A stretch of 63,739 nt of DNA, counting the filler, from Trichomonas gallinae (lineage: Eukaryota): the NCBI GenBank assembly GCA_008369845.1. It is 4 parts of 4 records of this genome, joined end to end, with 100 filler letters (N's around TTAATTAATTAA, not from the genome) between each part and the next. Parts side by side here need not be neighbours in the genome. Positions count along the whole stretch, not along the records: positions 56,967 to 63,739 come from MRSU01000225.1; 3 more parts are not named here. One strand, written 5' to 3'. Below, in pieces: positions 63,199 through 63,739 of this stretch. Under the pieces are notes generated by a model. It saw nothing but the letters and a program-made list of their open reading frames with translations. It was not told where the DNA came from and searched no databases. The position numbers and the translations under genes are program-made. The first letter of the stretch is position 1. Each line of letters opens with the position of its first letter.

Positions 63199-63739
63199 AT
63201 TTAATTTTTATATAATTAAATCATGTATATATGTAATGTATTTCAATGCCATGGTTTTTAGTAGCATAATAACAGTCACCAAATCAATCAGGAACTGTTT
63301 ACAACAAATAAGAATCTAATATTAAGGATAAATAAGGATTTCAACTGTTAATTCCTATTGATAAAGATGTAGTTCAATCACATTTGCATGTGAATTTGCT
63401 GAATAAGGATTCTAAAAATCATTGTTTTGCATCAGTGCGTATTGAAGCTGTGCGAATTGTATTTCAATAACTTATAAAAATATGAACTAGATTCCAATTC
63501 CCAATCTTATATTTACATATAAAAAAACTTAAACAAGATAAATTTAAGTTATTGGCTATTATGAGCTGTGAATATAATAAATATCATCTATATATATTGT
63601 TTACATCATGATTATATCATTGAACATAAGGATTTTTTATTTTTGATTTTTATTTATTTAGAAGTGATTCAACTCGATTTTTTGCGAATTTCGAACTAAT
63701 TTTGTGATAATTAGAATTGTTGATATGTATGATTTATGA

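Noticed and set aside
1..63739. Spliceosomal introns, tRNA or rRNA genes, transposase or Maverick ORFs
   Set aside because: I saw no ACTAACACACAG-type intron ends, cloverleafs, rRNA or transposase/integrase motifs by eye. A covariance-model search is needed to exclude small RNAs.

Overview
AT-rich, gene-dense eukaryotic DNA in which I found no introns, most consistent with a trichomonad (Trichomonas-like parabasalid) draft assembly. This assignment is inferred from TCAY(T/A) initiator elements just before ATGs, very short UTRs, and typical expanded families: a multipass PAS/adenylyl-cyclase protein, a BEACH protein, a DUF3447-type ankyrin protein, a Gly-rich ALK/LTK-like protein and an F5/8-like domain. 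The window is four contigs joined by artificial 100-bp linkers (44 N + TTAATTAATTAA + 44 N), so linkage across the gaps is unproven. It holds about 26 intact genes. Clear calls are a kinesin-6-like motor, Rab32, SF3B4, phosphatidylserine synthase, a BEACH protein, DTD1, a RING-TM ligase, NOP10, a second Rab and a PPP phosphatase. There are also several gene relics and possible transposon ends at contig edges. The most interesting observations are divergent homologues hidden among 'hypothetical' ORFs (HAP40/F8A1-like, Virilizer-like, MED13), three apparent pseudoenzymes (IRE1 with a dead kinase but intact RNase motif, a dead cyclase, a dead GAF-PDE), a recurrent upstream motif TG(A/T)CAYGTAAA, and a small G-x-phi-x repeat protein. 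All homology calls come from motif comparison against remembered family sequences; no database search was run.
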